From positions 3,683 to 67,682 of the forward strand of contig JAIRZI010000039.1 in assembly GCA_031267295.1 (NCBI GenBank): a DNA stretch of 64,000 nt, written 5' to 3'. Shown here piece by piece: positions 9,431-19,069 of the stretch. The notes below the pieces were generated by a model. It saw nothing but the letters and a program-made list of their open reading frames with translations. It had not been told where the DNA came from and searched no databases. The position numbers were made by a program, and so were the translations under genes. How positions within the stretch are numbered: position 1 is the first letter of the stretch; every line of letters begins with the position of its first letter. This DNA is from Propionibacteriaceae bacterium (GTDB lineage: Bacteria > Actinomycetota > Actinomycetes > Propionibacteriales > Propionibacteriaceae).

Positions 9431-10996
9431 ATGATGTCCCTCTGCTACAGTGACGCTATGACCGAGATCTCTCCCGTGTACTTAGGCTCGCTGATCCGGG
9501 ATGCCCGTAAGCAGCGTGGTCTCACCCAGACGGCGCTAGCCGACGCATTAGGCACTTCACAGAGTGCTATCGGACGAATAGAGTCCGGCAATCAAAACCT
9601 CTCCATCGAAATGATCAACCGGATAGCCTCGGCTCTAGAGACTACCGTCATCCCCACGAGAGCCACCGGAGCGATGAACTATCGCATCACCGGACCTACA
9701 ACTCTTAAAGGTTCTATCACCACCCGATCATCAAAGAACGCCGCAGTCAGCCTACTATGCGCCACACTGCTGAACCACGGCACTACTGTGCTGAAAGGCA
9801 TCGCCGATATTGAAGAAGTTGCCCGAATCGTCGAAGTGTTGCAGTCAATTGGGGTGAGCGCCGCTTGGTCACAGGGCGCTGACGAAGAGCGCAACCTCAC
9901 CATACAACGCCCTGATACCCTTAATCTCACCAATATGGACGAGAAAGCCGCTCGGCTCACCCGTTCCATCATCATGTTTCTTGGCCCTTTGTTGCATGAG
10001 GTACGCGACTTCATGTTGCCGTATGCAGGAGGCTGCAAGCTTGGCCAACGCACTGTGCAACCGCATGTACAGGCACTAAGTCACTTCGGGCTTGAGGTCG
10101 CTACCCATGATGGTTGCTATCACTGTACGGTAACTCCCGACTCTCGCCCGAAACGCCGTATCGTGTTCACTGAACGCTCCGACACCGCCACCGAGAACGC
10201 GCTATTAGCCGCCGCACTACAGCCGGGCATCACTGAGATTCGCAACGCCAGCCCCAACTACATGGTGCAAGATTTATGTATTTTCCTTAGCAAACTCGGG
10301 GTACAAGTGGGCGGCGTTGGAACCACAATCCTAGTGGTGAACGGGGTGGGTCATATCGACGTTGACGTGGAATATGACATTTCAGAAGACCCGATAGAGT
10401 CGATGAGTCTGTTAGCCGCCGGTATCGTCACCCATTCTGAGTTGACGCTCAAACGCTGCCCCATTGAGTTCCTAGAGATCGAGTTGGCCACTTTGGGAGA
10501 AAACATGGGGTTGGAGTACTCAATGAGCCGCGATTACCGCTCCCACAACGGTTACACTCGCCTGGTAGATGTGACGCTATATCCGTCGGAACTGCACGCT
10601 CCACAGGACAAAATCCACCCGATGCCGTTCCCTGGTCTCAACATTGACAACCTGCCATTTTTTACGGTGATTGCCGCCACCGCCAAGGGTACAACTTTAA
10701 TTCACGATTGGGTGTATGAAAACCGCACCATGCACTATATGAAACTCGCAGAACTCGGAGCCGACATGCAGTTGCTTGATCCACACCGAGTACAGATCAC
10801 AGGTGCAACCAATTTCCGCGCCCGAGAGATGTTCACTCCGGCGGCTCTTCGCCCCGCCGTATGCGCCATGATCGCCATGATGGCGGCTCAAGGCACTAGC
10901 GTGCTGCGCGATGTGTATGTGATCATGCGCGGGTATGAAGCCTTACCAAAACGACTCAATGACCTAGGTGCGAACATCGAAGTGTTCCACGAGTGA
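9431..10996 (+). CDS. murA: XRE-family HTH domain fused to UDP-N-acetylglucosamine 1-carboxyvinyltransferase (MurA)
   Basis: aa ~17-72 form a Cro/C1-type HTH (LIRDARKQRGLTQTALADALGTSQSAIGRIESGNQNLS). From aa 82 (MNYRITGPTTLKGSI) a full-length MurA follows. It keeps K (SSKNAAV), the catalytic Cys loop (GGCKLGQRTVQPH), ENRTMH and C-terminal RGYEALPKRLNDLGANIE. There is no stop between the two parts. The N-terminal start is uncertain among 9431, 9458 and an internal ATG at 9674. Confidence 0.8.
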   Translation: MMSLCYSDAMTEISPVYLGSLIRDARKQRGLTQTALADALGTSQSAIGRIESGNQNLSIEMINRIASALETTVIPTRATGAMNYRITGPTTLKGSITTRSSKNAAVSLLCATLLNHGTTVLKGIADIEEVARIVEVLQSIGVSAAWSQGADEERNLTIQRPDTLNLTNMDEKAARLTRSIIMFLGPLLHEVRDFMLPYAGGCKLGQRTVQPHVQALSHFGLEVATHDGCYHCTVTPDSRPKRRIVFTERSDTATENALLAAALQPGITEIRNASPNYMVQDLCIFLSKLGVQVGGVGTTILVVNGVGHIDVDVEYDISEDPIESMSLLAAGIVTHSELTLKRCPIEFLEIELATLGENMGLEYSMSRDYRSHNGYTRLVDVTLYPSELHAPQDKIHPMPFPGLNIDNLPFFTVIAATAKGTTLIHDWVYENRTMHYMKLAELGADMQLLDPHRVQITGATNFRAREMFTPAALRPAVCAMIAMMAAQGTSVLRDVYVIMRGYEALPKRLNDLGANIEVFHE

Positions 10997-11005
10997 CGCG
11001 CGGTG

Positions 11006-11884
11006 TTATAACTGTTGCGCAGTGAATCGATACGCCGGATCGGTGATCGAATCTTGAGCTTGCACCAGTCGCAACTCCACGCCGCCCAGATCGTCGGTGA
11101 TCTGTAACACCGAGTAGACGATAGATGCGGTGGCGCTGAGCGCGTCTCCCAACGTAGCACCCTGTAACAACTGAGCAAGGAACATTGCTGCGGTGAGATC
11201 TCCAGAACCGACAAAACCAGAACCAGCGAAAGTGCGATCGATGAGTGGAGTCTCCACTTTCCAACAGCCGCTATCGTCTAGCGCGATCATGCGAACGAAA
11301 TCAGCGCGATCACCCGTTTCTTGAGCGCTAGTTACTAGCACCGTCTGTGGCCCTAAGTCACGTAACGCTTGAGCGGCGCTCACAATATCTTGCAGAGTAT
11401 CGGTAGAGCGCCCGGTTAAGTAACGCAGTTCAAACAGGTTTGGTGTCATGATGTCAGCAAGCGGGGTGACCAGATCGCGCATCATCTCCGGGATACCAGG
11501 CGCTGCATATACGCCGCGTCCCACGTCTCCAAAAACCGGATCGGCGCAGTAACGCGCCGCTGGATTACGCTGTTTCACTAGGCGCACCGCATCGGCGATG
11601 GACTCCGCCATATCCGCGCTGCCTTGGTAGCCGGAGAGCACCGCGTCGATCTTTTCCAGTGCACCGCGTTCATCAATTCCAGTGATGATGTCGCTCACAT
11701 CGCCAGCACTGATATGGATACCGCGCCAAGCCCCATAACCAGTATGGTTTGAAAAATTGACGGTGTACACCGGCCAGACATCAATACCAGCGCGGCGCAG
11801 TGGGAACACTGCAGCAGAGTTACCGGCGAATCCGTAAGCCACGGCCGATTGAATAGAGAGAATCTGCGGCGAAGTCATCCCCAT
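11006..11884 (-). CDS. pdxY: pyridoxal kinase (PdxY type)
   Basis: [44 protein letters not shown] is collinear with E. coli PdxY. Ribokinase-fold C-terminus is present ([11 protein letters not shown]). Confidence 0.88.
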   Translation of the reverse strand: MGMTSPQILSIQSAVAYGFAGNSAAVFPLRRAGIDVWPVYTVNFSNHTGYGAWRGIHISAGDVSDIITGIDERGALEKIDAVLSGYQGSADMAESIADAVRLVKQRNPAARYCADPVFGDVGRGVYAAPGIPEMMRDLVTPLADIMTPNLFELRYLTGRSTDTLQDIVSAAQALRDLGPQTVLVTSAQETGDRADFVRMIALDDSGCWKVETPLIDRTFAGSGFVGSGDLTAAMFLAQLLQGATLGDALSATASIVYSVLQITDDLGGVELRLVQAQDSITDPAYRFTAQQL

Positions 11885-12003
11885 ACTGTACTACCGCCAG
11901 CCGTAAACACCACACGTTTTCGAGTCAATATGCGCACAGTTTTGTAACGGGGTGTATCCTAGTTCGAGCCTGTTTAGTTTAGAAAAGTGGGAGAAGATCA
12001 ATT

Positions 12004-12342
12004 ATGGCGGATCGCGCATTACGCGGCATGGGGCTTGGAGCTAAGAGCTTTGAGGATGAAGAAGGTATTGAATTCGCAGCGCGAGTTATATTGGGGTTTG
12101 TTTGCGATGAAAGTCATCACTTCGATATAAATTTCGCTATTGAAGCAGATATGCCAACCGAATGGGAATGCCCGCGCTGCGGCAAGGTTGCAGCGCGTTC
12201 CGACGGCACTCGTCCTGATGAACGAGATGCCAAGCCGCCCCGCACCCACTGGGATATGTTGCGGGAGCGCCGTTCTATACCCGAATTGGAAGACCTACTA
12301 TCGGAGCGTCTTGAGGCGTTGCGTACCACCGTCAGGTATTAG
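12004..12342 (+). CDS. rbpA: RNA polymerase-binding protein RbpA
   Basis: 112 aa with the RbpA signature KPPRTHWDMLRERRSIPELEDLLSERL and a central CPRCG segment. GGGAGAAG RBS is present. Confidence 0.9.
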   Translation: MADRALRGMGLGAKSFEDEEGIEFAARVILGFVCDESHHFDINFAIEADMPTEWECPRCGKVAARSDGTRPDERDAKPPRTHWDMLRERRSIPELEDLLSERLEALRTTVRY

Positions 12343-13106
12343 TTACCACCGGCGCGTCCGAGCCATCCTCGTATTTGACGAGTGCGGCGTGCTAACCCCC
12401 AACCGGCAGTCTTGATGAGAGCTTCTTTGATGATGTCGTTACTCATTTTAGATTCTCCGGCTAAACGTTCGCAGAACTCAATCGGCACCTCAGCTACCGT
12501 GCCGCCTGCTTCGAGCACTCGGCGCGTCATATCCACCTGAAAGCTATACCCCCGCGATTCGATGGAAAGAAGATCGATTTTGCGTAGCATGTCAGCCCGA
12601 AACAGGTTGTAACCGCCGGTTGCGTCGTGAATCGGGATATTCATCGCCGCCATCACCCAGATGTTTGCCGCTCGACTCAGTAGTTCCCGCTTGAGAGGCC
12701 AGTTGACCACTCGCCCACCCCGCATCCAACGCGACCCCTTGACCATATCTGCTTTAGTAAGGGCAGCAAGCAACATCGGCAGTTCTTCGGGTTGATGTGA
12801 ACCATCGGCATCAGTTTCGACGAACACGTCGTAACGGCGCTCTAACCCCCATTTGAAACCGGCAATATAGGCCTTGCCAAGTCCCTCTTTGCTGTCGCGA
12901 TGTAGCACATACACTTGAGAGTCACGAATTCCCAAGGCATCAGCTAGCTCGCCGGTGTGATCTGGAGAGTTATCATCTGCGATGAGAATGTCCGCCTCTG
13001 GTGCCGCTTGCCGGATTCGCAAAACGATACCTTCGAGGTTCTGTGCCTCGTTGTAAGTTGGAAGAACTACCAGAATCCGCCCTAGCGATGCATAAGAATA
13101 GACCAT
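12339..13106 (-). CDS. ppm1: polyprenol-monophosphomannose synthase (GT2, Ppm1)
   Basis: GT2 motifs VVLPTYNEAQNL, ADDNSPD, TDADGSH. It lies immediately downstream of lnt, as in other actinobacteria. Confidence 0.85.
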   Translation of the reverse strand: MVYSYASLGRILVVLPTYNEAQNLEGIVLRIRQAAPEADILIADDNSPDHTGELADALGIRDSQVYVLHRDSKEGLGKAYIAGFKWGLERRYDVFVETDADGSHQPEELPMLLAALTKADMVKGSRWMRGGRVVNWPLKRELLSRAANIWVMAAMNIPIHDATGGYNLFRADMLRKIDLLSIESRGYSFQVDMTRRVLEAGGTVAEVPIEFCERLAGESKMSNDIIKEALIKTAGWGLARRTRQIRGWLGRAGGN

Positions 13107-13111
13107 AGCAA

Positions 13112-14695
13112 TCAGTCTAGTCGGCTTTGGTTTGGCTTCCGAGTTCGTAAAGTGACATACCCAGCCAGCAAAGTTGAGATAACGGCGGCAGTCGGGCCGA
13201 TCAGTGGAGCGACGCGCACTCCGAGAGAAACACCGGAACGCACCGGGGCACTATAGAGTGTAGCTACGGCGGTATCCGCCGTAGTGCGATCAAGCACTGT
13301 CCCATCTGCTGCAATTAACCCCGAGTATGAGCTGGTAGTGGCTACCACGATTTCGCGCTCTAACTCCATAGCACGTACGCGAGTTATCTCGAACTGCTGT
13401 AGTGGTTGCCAGGAACCCGCATATCCGGCGTTGTTGGACTGCACAGTGACCACTTCGGCACCTGCTCGTACCACGTCGTACACCGTATCGTCGAAGCCAA
13501 GTTCGTAGCAGATTATCACTGCAAGATTTAAGGGACGATCCGCCACGCTGACAGATAGTACTCCAGCACCCACGCCGGGCACAGTTTGCCGACCCACTTG
13601 TTTCGCTTGTGGAAACAGTGCGAAAACAAGGTCTTTCCAAGGAGTGTATTCGCCGAAAGGTACTGCGTTACGTTTGTCGTAGCGGGCGGTGATACCGCGC
13701 TCCGGTTCCCACCAGAGCGCAGAGGTTTGCCGCTCCCCCTCCCCCGGGCCAGCCATCACCGCACCCACCAGCACTGGTAGCTCCGCTAGCCGGGCACTCT
13801 CCCCTATCAATGTGGCGGCAGTGTCGTTCTCGGTTGGATCCAGATCAGAAGCATTTTCTGGCCAAAGGATGAAATCTGGCTGTTCCAAGAGTCCGCTACG
13901 CACCGCTGCGAGCAAAGTGATTGTCTGCGAATAGTGGTTAGCCAGCACACTTCCGGCATATCCCATAGAACGCGGGCCGGCGGAACCGTCCACATTGCCT
14001 TGTACGACACCGATGTTGACACTGCGATCACTTGGTGCTGGAACTGGGATAAGCCGCAGTAGCCCCGCAACGACAGTTATCATAACTGCGCTTATGACGG
14101 TGGCCAGCGCGGCGCGTTTCCTCGCTACATCGTGCAGTGCTTCCTTGGAAGAGGGGCACAGCCAGCTACGAAACGCATCAGCCAGCAAAGCGGCAACCAC
14201 CGCCATCAACAAACCGGTGCCCGGCACACCAACGAAACGCAAAAAACCGCCAAACGGTGCGTCAGCGCTGGTGTAGGCCAGTCTTGTCCAGGGGAAACCG
14301 CCAAACGGCAACAATGTCATGCCAAACTCAATAGCGCTCCAGGAGAGAGCTACCAGTAGCGGCCAGAGCGGCAGTGGAGCAAAAACGGCGACGGCCACCC
14401 CATACAACGTTCCCCACAACGCCATGAACGCCACCAGAAGCAGCGCCATCCAGAGCGCGTAAACATATATCCACGACACCGTCATAGCGAACAGCCCGAG
14501 ACCGAATACATAACCGATGCTGGCGCTTAAACGCCGTGACAACCCTGCGGCAAGAAGTGTGAAACCAGCCAGCCCCAATATGGTGAGCGGCCATAGTTTA
14601 AGTGGCGCGAATCCGCAGCCAGTACACACCCCAGCAAACAGTGCCGCTATATAACGCAGCACTGGACGTTGCTGGAGGATGCTAGTACTGCTCAC
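13112..14695 (-). CDS. lnt: apolipoprotein N-acyltransferase (Lnt / Ppm2-like)
   Basis: 527 aa with an N-terminal polytopic membrane domain plus a CN-hydrolase domain (VVQGNV, WPENA, IICYE). Confidence 0.85.
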   Translation of the reverse strand: MSSTSILQQRPVLRYIAALFAGVCTGCGFAPLKLWPLTILGLAGFTLLAAGLSRRLSASIGYVFGLGLFAMTVSWIYVYALWMALLLVAFMALWGTLYGVAVAVFAPLPLWPLLVALSWSAIEFGMTLLPFGGFPWTRLAYTSADAPFGGFLRFVGVPGTGLLMAVVAALLADAFRSWLCPSSKEALHDVARKRAALATVISAVMITVVAGLLRLIPVPAPSDRSVNIGVVQGNVDGSAGPRSMGYAGSVLANHYSQTITLLAAVRSGLLEQPDFILWPENASDLDPTENDTAATLIGESARLAELPVLVGAVMAGPGEGERQTSALWWEPERGITARYDKRNAVPFGEYTPWKDLVFALFPQAKQVGRQTVPGVGAGVLSVSVADRPLNLAVIICYELGFDDTVYDVVRAGAEVVTVQSNNAGYAGSWQPLQQFEITRVRAMELEREIVVATTSSYSGLIAADGTVLDRTTADTAVATLYSAPVRSGVSLGVRVAPLIGPTAAVISTLLAGYVTLRTRKPNQSRLD

Positions 14696-14749
14696 CGGTC
14701 GAGAATATCATTGGCACGCCATGATTAATCAGCGCGCGAGAAAGGATTC

Positions 14750-15199
14750 TCAATCGGGAAAATTCACTAGCGGTCGCTCAGCAAAAATGGTGCTTAGCAC
14801 CACCGTAGTGACGGTGAGTACGTTAGTGGCGCTGCGTAATCGGCTGATGAGCGATTCCAAATCTGCGGTGTTGCCCACTTGGACTTTGGCGAGATAACTA
14901 GCATCACCTGCGATAGACCAACAAGAGATGATCTCAGGTGCGTTTCGCATAAAATTCAAAGTGGTCTCATCCTGCTCTAAGGAGGAAACCCGAATGCTGA
15001 TGAAAGCTATCAAAGTTCGTTGCAGTGCAACCGGGTCAACTTGGGCGGTATAGCCGGTGATGATGCCAAGTCTCTCCATCCGTCGTACCCGCTGCTGGGC
15101 TGCGGAAGTGGACAAACCGCAGTGGCGTCCAATATCGGTAAGGGACATTCTGCCATCACGAGAGAGTAAGGCGAGCATATGCTGGTCGGTGCGATCCAC
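14750..15199 (-). CDS. Lrp/AsnC family transcriptional regulator
   Basis: 149 aa with an N-terminal HTH (LLSRDGRMSLTDIGRHCGLSTSAAQQRVRRME) and a C-terminal RAM/AsnC_trans_reg domain. Confidence 0.88.
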   Translation of the reverse strand: MDRTDQHMLALLSRDGRMSLTDIGRHCGLSTSAAQQRVRRMERLGIITGYTAQVDPVALQRTLIAFISIRVSSLEQDETTLNFMRNAPEIISCWSIAGDASYLAKVQVGNTADLESLISRLRSATNVLTVTTVVLSTIFAERPLVNFPD

Positions 15200-15253
15200 G
15201 AAAGAAATTGTCGCACAAATTCTGCCCTATTGTGAAAAAAACGAAAATATGTC

Positions 15254-17038
15254 TCAGACGGTAAGCAGGTAGATGGCGCTTCCCGCTAATAGGTTGGCTG
15301 CACGGTGTGGTAACCACACCGGTTGCGCCGTAGCCGATAGCGGAATATAGCGCGCCACTTTGAGGTCAAGTTGTGCAAAAAGCGATTCCAAATCTGGCAG
15401 CGTGGAGTGATGCAAGTTAGGAGTGTCGTACCACTCGTATGGTAAATCTTTTGAGCGCGGCATATGGCCGCCAAGTAACGTGATACGGTGTCGCCAGTAA
15501 CCGAAGTTCGGCATCGTCACAATGAGTTTGCCGGCAATACGTTTCATTTGGGTGAGCACTTCCACCGGATGTAGCACCGCTTGCAAAGTGCGTGACAACA
15601 CCACTACATCGAAAGAATCATTAGGAAATTCGCTCAGTTGAGTGTCCATGTCTAACTCCATCACTGGTACCCCACGGGCTATCGCGGAAAGTACCGCCAA
15701 TGAGTCCCGTTCCACCCCAGTGCCGTTGCAATGTTCGTTTTGAATCAAATGCGCCAGCAGATCGCCTTCTCCACAACCCAGATCGAGCACTTTTGAACCA
15801 GCTGGGATGAGTGCGGCGACTCGCTTAAGATCAGCTCGCAGAGTGTCATCAGCCACTGGATAACGCTGTTCGCTAGCTCTGAGAAACTGCCGCAGTGTGT
15901 CAGAGTACTCCGGGATGTCCATCAAGAACGAGTCGTGCCCCCATTTAGCATCGATAGTGCGAAAAGTGATGGGAGTGCCGGATGGAGCTAACGCTCGCAC
16001 AATACCACGAGAATGATTAGTGCCGAAACGCCAATCACTATTGAAACTCACCACGCAGAAGTTGACCGGATGTGCACGGAGTTTATCCAACGCTCCTAAA
16101 GACGCAAACGGGTCAAAATAATCCATCACCCGAGACAGATACAGATACGATAAGGCATCGAAACGATCTAGAAACGCCTCGCCCTGGTGATCTAGATAGC
16201 TCTCCACAGCGAAATCAGCCCCAAAACCTGGAGCCGAGCTGTCGTGCGCCGAACTGCGTCCAAATTTTTCAGCGAACGCTGGTTCCGAAAGATAGGTGAT
16301 GTGCGCCATCATGCGCGCGATAGCTAGCCCGACGCGCGGTGTGTGTGCGTGAGCTGCGAACTGGCCGCCATGAAAATGCTCGTCGGTCATAATGGATTGC
16401 CTACCGACTGCGCTGAAAGCGATGTTTTGGGCTGTCAAACGACTAGAAGCCGCTATCACCACAGCATTCACCATGTCTTCTGGGAAATCCAATGCCCACT
16501 GCAACACCTGCATACCCCCGAGCGAACCTCCCACCACAGCGTGATAACGCTCAACTCCTAACTGGTGGCTGAGTTCGCGATGTAGCGTCACAAAATCGCG
16601 CATATGCAGTAAGGGAAAATCCAGCCCCCAAGGGGTACCAGTATCCGGATTTTCGCTAGCCGGGCCGGTGGTACCTTGACAGCCGCCCAACAGATTGGGG
16701 GAAACCACGAACCAGCGGTTAGTATCAATAGCCTTGCCGGGGCCGATTAACTCGTCCCACCAGCCGGGTCGTCGATCTGAGGTATGCCAACCTGCGGCAT
16801 GAGCGTCACCTGTTAAAGCGTGGCACACAAAAATGGCGTTACCGCGCGATACGTTCAGCGTGCCATAAGTTTCGTATGCCACCGTAATGTTCGTTAGCTG
16901 CGTCCCACTGGTGAGTGTTAATGGGTTTTCCGCCGGAAACAATGCGACGGAATGGGTGGTGACTAGCCCAACTCCAGGGTAACTGGCGTTGGCATCATGG
17001 TGCGGTTGGGCAGTGCCATCTGTCTGCTTCACACTCAT
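15254..17038 (-). CDS. metX: fused homoserine O-acetyltransferase (MetX) and MetW domain protein
   Basis: aa 1-~395 form an MetX alpha/beta hydrolase (FVCHALTGDAH, nucleophile elbow GGSLGGMQ, WGHDSF). aa ~398-594 are MetW-like (KVLDLGCGEGDLLAHL, FDVVVLSRTLQAV, IVTMPNFGYWRHR). It is a single uninterrupted ORF. Confidence 0.88.
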   Translation of the reverse strand: MSVKQTDGTAQPHHDANASYPGVGLVTTHSVALFPAENPLTLTSGTQLTNITVAYETYGTLNVSRGNAIFVCHALTGDAHAAGWHTSDRRPGWWDELIGPGKAIDTNRWFVVSPNLLGGCQGTTGPASENPDTGTPWGLDFPLLHMRDFVTLHRELSHQLGVERYHAVVGGSLGGMQVLQWALDFPEDMVNAVVIAASSRLTAQNIAFSAVGRQSIMTDEHFHGGQFAAHAHTPRVGLAIARMMAHITYLSEPAFAEKFGRSSAHDSSAPGFGADFAVESYLDHQGEAFLDRFDALSYLYLSRVMDYFDPFASLGALDKLRAHPVNFCVVSFNSDWRFGTNHSRGIVRALAPSGTPITFRTIDAKWGHDSFLMDIPEYSDTLRQFLRASEQRYPVADDTLRADLKRVAALIPAGSKVLDLGCGEGDLLAHLIQNEHCNGTGVERDSLAVLSAIARGVPVMELDMDTQLSEFPNDSFDVVVLSRTLQAVLHPVEVLTQMKRIAGKLIVTMPNFGYWRHRITLLGGHMPRSKDLPYEWYDTPNLHHSTLPDLESLFAQLDLKVARYIPLSATAQPVWLPHRAANLLAGSAIYLLTV

Positions 17039-17044
17039 AACTGT

Positions 17045-18127
17045 TTACCCTTCACATACTCCTGCGAACGCTGTGCTATACGCCGCTGTTGCCGGGGTAT
17101 CCGCCGCCAAACCACGTTCGGTTAAGAAACTGGCCTGCGCTTGCCAAACGTGAACATTGATAGCCCCAAGATTACACATGTTAGCGGAGATGCCGAGATC
17201 ACCATACAATGCGATCGTGGCGGTGAGCGTGTCTAACGCCGCCTGCCGATTCTCCGGCTGGTCGAGACCGGGGACATATGCGGCGGCGATGTCAACTGCG
17301 CGTTGTGGATCTGCGGCCACATACTCTATGGCGCGTTTGATAATATCCACATACTCTTGCAACGCAGCAGAGTTGTTGTCGAGTAGCTGTTGGGATGCTC
17401 CCAACGAAGCGCCGATCAGCGCTAAGTCGTTATGAGCATTAGTCGCATCCACTAATGTCACCGCCATCCCTGCCCTTTGCAATCGAACGACATCATTGTT
17501 GACGAAACCGACCACCGCAGCCACCCGTCCGGCTAGCAGCGCCGCCTGCTGGGTATATCCGATGTGTACGATCTCAATGTCAGTTTCACTCAGTCCATAG
17601 TTGGCAAGCACCGCTTTCAAGTAGTACCAATTCTCGCCGTATGGGCCGGGAATGCCCACCGACATGCCAGCTTCTAAAGCGGCCGCAGCGGGAAGTTCCG
17701 GATGCGGATAAGAACCTTGGGGAACGATGAGCGCCACTGGATAGTTGCGATACAGCGTCATGATAGCGGTTACCGCTACCCCTTCCCCCCGAGCGACGTA
17801 CATTTCATCACCGCCGGCGACGATTAAATCTTCGGTACCAGACGCTAATGCCCCAAAGAGCGATTCTGACATACCGTGATGCCTAAGCTGAAAAGTGGCA
17901 TGTTCGGCTTCCGTCGCCCAACCAAGGGCATCCGCTACATAAAACGGCGCGAATTGAATGTCTGGTTGATAAGTCAATCCTACGGTTAACACCGCAGGGG
18001 TTGTCGATAGTTGCGTTTCCGCCTGCAACGGTTGTTCGCTACTGCAGGCGATGAATGCTAGTAGCAGCCCACCTGCCAACAGCGTTTTCTTTAGCCGACG
18101 TAGCTTGTTTCGGCGTGTTTCATTCAT
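17045..18127 (-). CDS. ribY: ABC transporter substrate-binding lipoprotein, NMT1/THI5 (ThiY/RibY) family; predicted riboflavin-binding RibY
   Basis: Lipobox LLLAFIAC. NMT1/SsuA-like fold pattern. It is downstream of the FMN riboswitch and permease. Start set at ATG 18127 (strong GGAAGGA RBS); the longest ORF starts at 18175. Confidence 0.7.
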   Translation of the reverse strand: MNETRRNKLRRLKKTLLAGGLLLAFIACSSEQPLQAETQLSTTPAVLTVGLTYQPDIQFAPFYVADALGWATEAEHATFQLRHHGMSESLFGALASGTEDLIVAGGDEMYVARGEGVAVTAIMTLYRNYPVALIVPQGSYPHPELPAAAALEAGMSVGIPGPYGENWYYLKAVLANYGLSETDIEIVHIGYTQQAALLAGRVAAVVGFVNNDVVRLQRAGMAVTLVDATNAHNDLALIGASLGASQQLLDNNSAALQEYVDIIKRAIEYVAADPQRAVDIAAAYVPGLDQPENRQAALDTLTATIALYGDLGISANMCNLGAINVHVWQAQASFLTERGLAADTPATAAYSTAFAGVCEG

Positions 18128-18186
18128 TACTTTACTTTTCCTTCCAGAATCGTAAGGTTCGCTCGTCGCACTCATCCAGAGTGCGG

Positions 18187-18969
18187 CTAGGTGCGTTCCG
18201 GGTCGCAGGCTCGTTCAATCAGCAACATCAGGGAGTACATCAGCACCGCAAACGTACATAACACTGCGATAGTGGCAAACAGCCCAGCGGTGTCGGCAGT
18301 GTTGGAGTAGACGCTGACCAACATGCCTAAGCCGTTCCCTCCCATGACGAATTCCCCCACCACGGCTCCGGTGATAGAGAGCGTGAAGCCGCCTCGCAAC
18401 CCCACCAGTACCGCACGTCTGGCGAGCGGCCACTCTACATACCACAACCGCGACCAGCCGTGAGCACCGTCCAGCGCCGCCGCGTCAAGTAGATCGCTGG
18501 CTATGGAGCGCAGACCTAACACCACATTCAACAACATTGGGAAAAACACCATTAAGACACAAAGCACCGCGATCGGCAGTGTGCCATATCCGAGCCAAAC
18601 CACTAATAAAGGTGCAATAGCTACGGCGGGGATTGCCTGCGAAGCAGCCAGAAACGGCTGTACGGCGGTAGCGAACAGCGGAAATCGTATCATGGCGTAC
18701 CCGATTGGTACTGCGACGAGCGTTGCGGCTACACAGCCCACTAGCGCCTCCCCCACACTTATCAGCGTTGGCGTGATAAGTGCTCCAGAGGTGAGGTCAT
18801 GCAGTATTCTAACAGTAACTGCTGTCGGCGAAGGTAGAAATACGCTGCGCACACCACCAGTACTGGTGACGATCACCCAGAGCACGAGTAGGCCGCTGGC
18901 CACCAGACACGGGGCTATCACGCGCGTTAGTACACCAGGCGAGGTTGGTCGCCACGATCGTCTATTCAT
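18187..18969 (-). CDS. ribX: ABC transporter permease (NitT/TauT family); predicted riboflavin permease RibX
   Basis: Polytopic BPD_transp_1-type permease. Start set at ATG 18969 (MNRRSW), preceded by GGGAGGA. It is the first gene after the FMN riboswitch, and no ATPase gene lies in the operon. Confidence 0.72.
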   Translation of the reverse strand: MNRRSWRPTSPGVLTRVIAPCLVASGLLVLWVIVTSTGGVRSVFLPSPTAVTVRILHDLTSGALITPTLISVGEALVGCVAATLVAVPIGYAMIRFPLFATAVQPFLAASQAIPAVAIAPLLVVWLGYGTLPIAVLCVLMVFFPMLLNVVLGLRSIASDLLDAAALDGAHGWSRLWYVEWPLARRAVLVGLRGGFTLSITGAVVGEFVMGGNGLGMLVSVYSNTADTAGLFATIAVLCTFAVLMYSLMLLIERACDPERT

Positions 18970-19014
18970 CAATCCTCCCGGCTTGAGAGAAGAGCCGGGG
19001 TAAGCGCACCCGTG

Positions 19015-19041
19015 AAGAACCCAAACGAGACAATTGTCTCG
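19015..19041 (-). terminator. riboswitch expression-platform terminator hairpin
   Basis: Minus strand carries the perfect palindrome CGAGACAAUUGUCUCG followed by UUUGGGUUCUU, between the FMN aptamer and ribX. Further downstream, a CCCGGCU/AGCCGGG helix (18977..18999) overlaps the ribX SD. Confidence 0.6.
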
Positions 19042-19069
19042 CAAGCCACTATCGGCGGTGCGTCAGACG

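Noticed and set aside
11950-11980. GTTCGAGCC string resembling a tRNA T-arm
   Set aside because: No acceptor, D or anticodon stems can be drawn around it. It lies in the rbpA promoter region.
12339-12342. Convergent overlap of the rbpA and ppm1 stop codons
   Set aside because: This is a 4-nt tail-to-tail overlap, a trivial consequence of compact packing. No structure or motif is associated.
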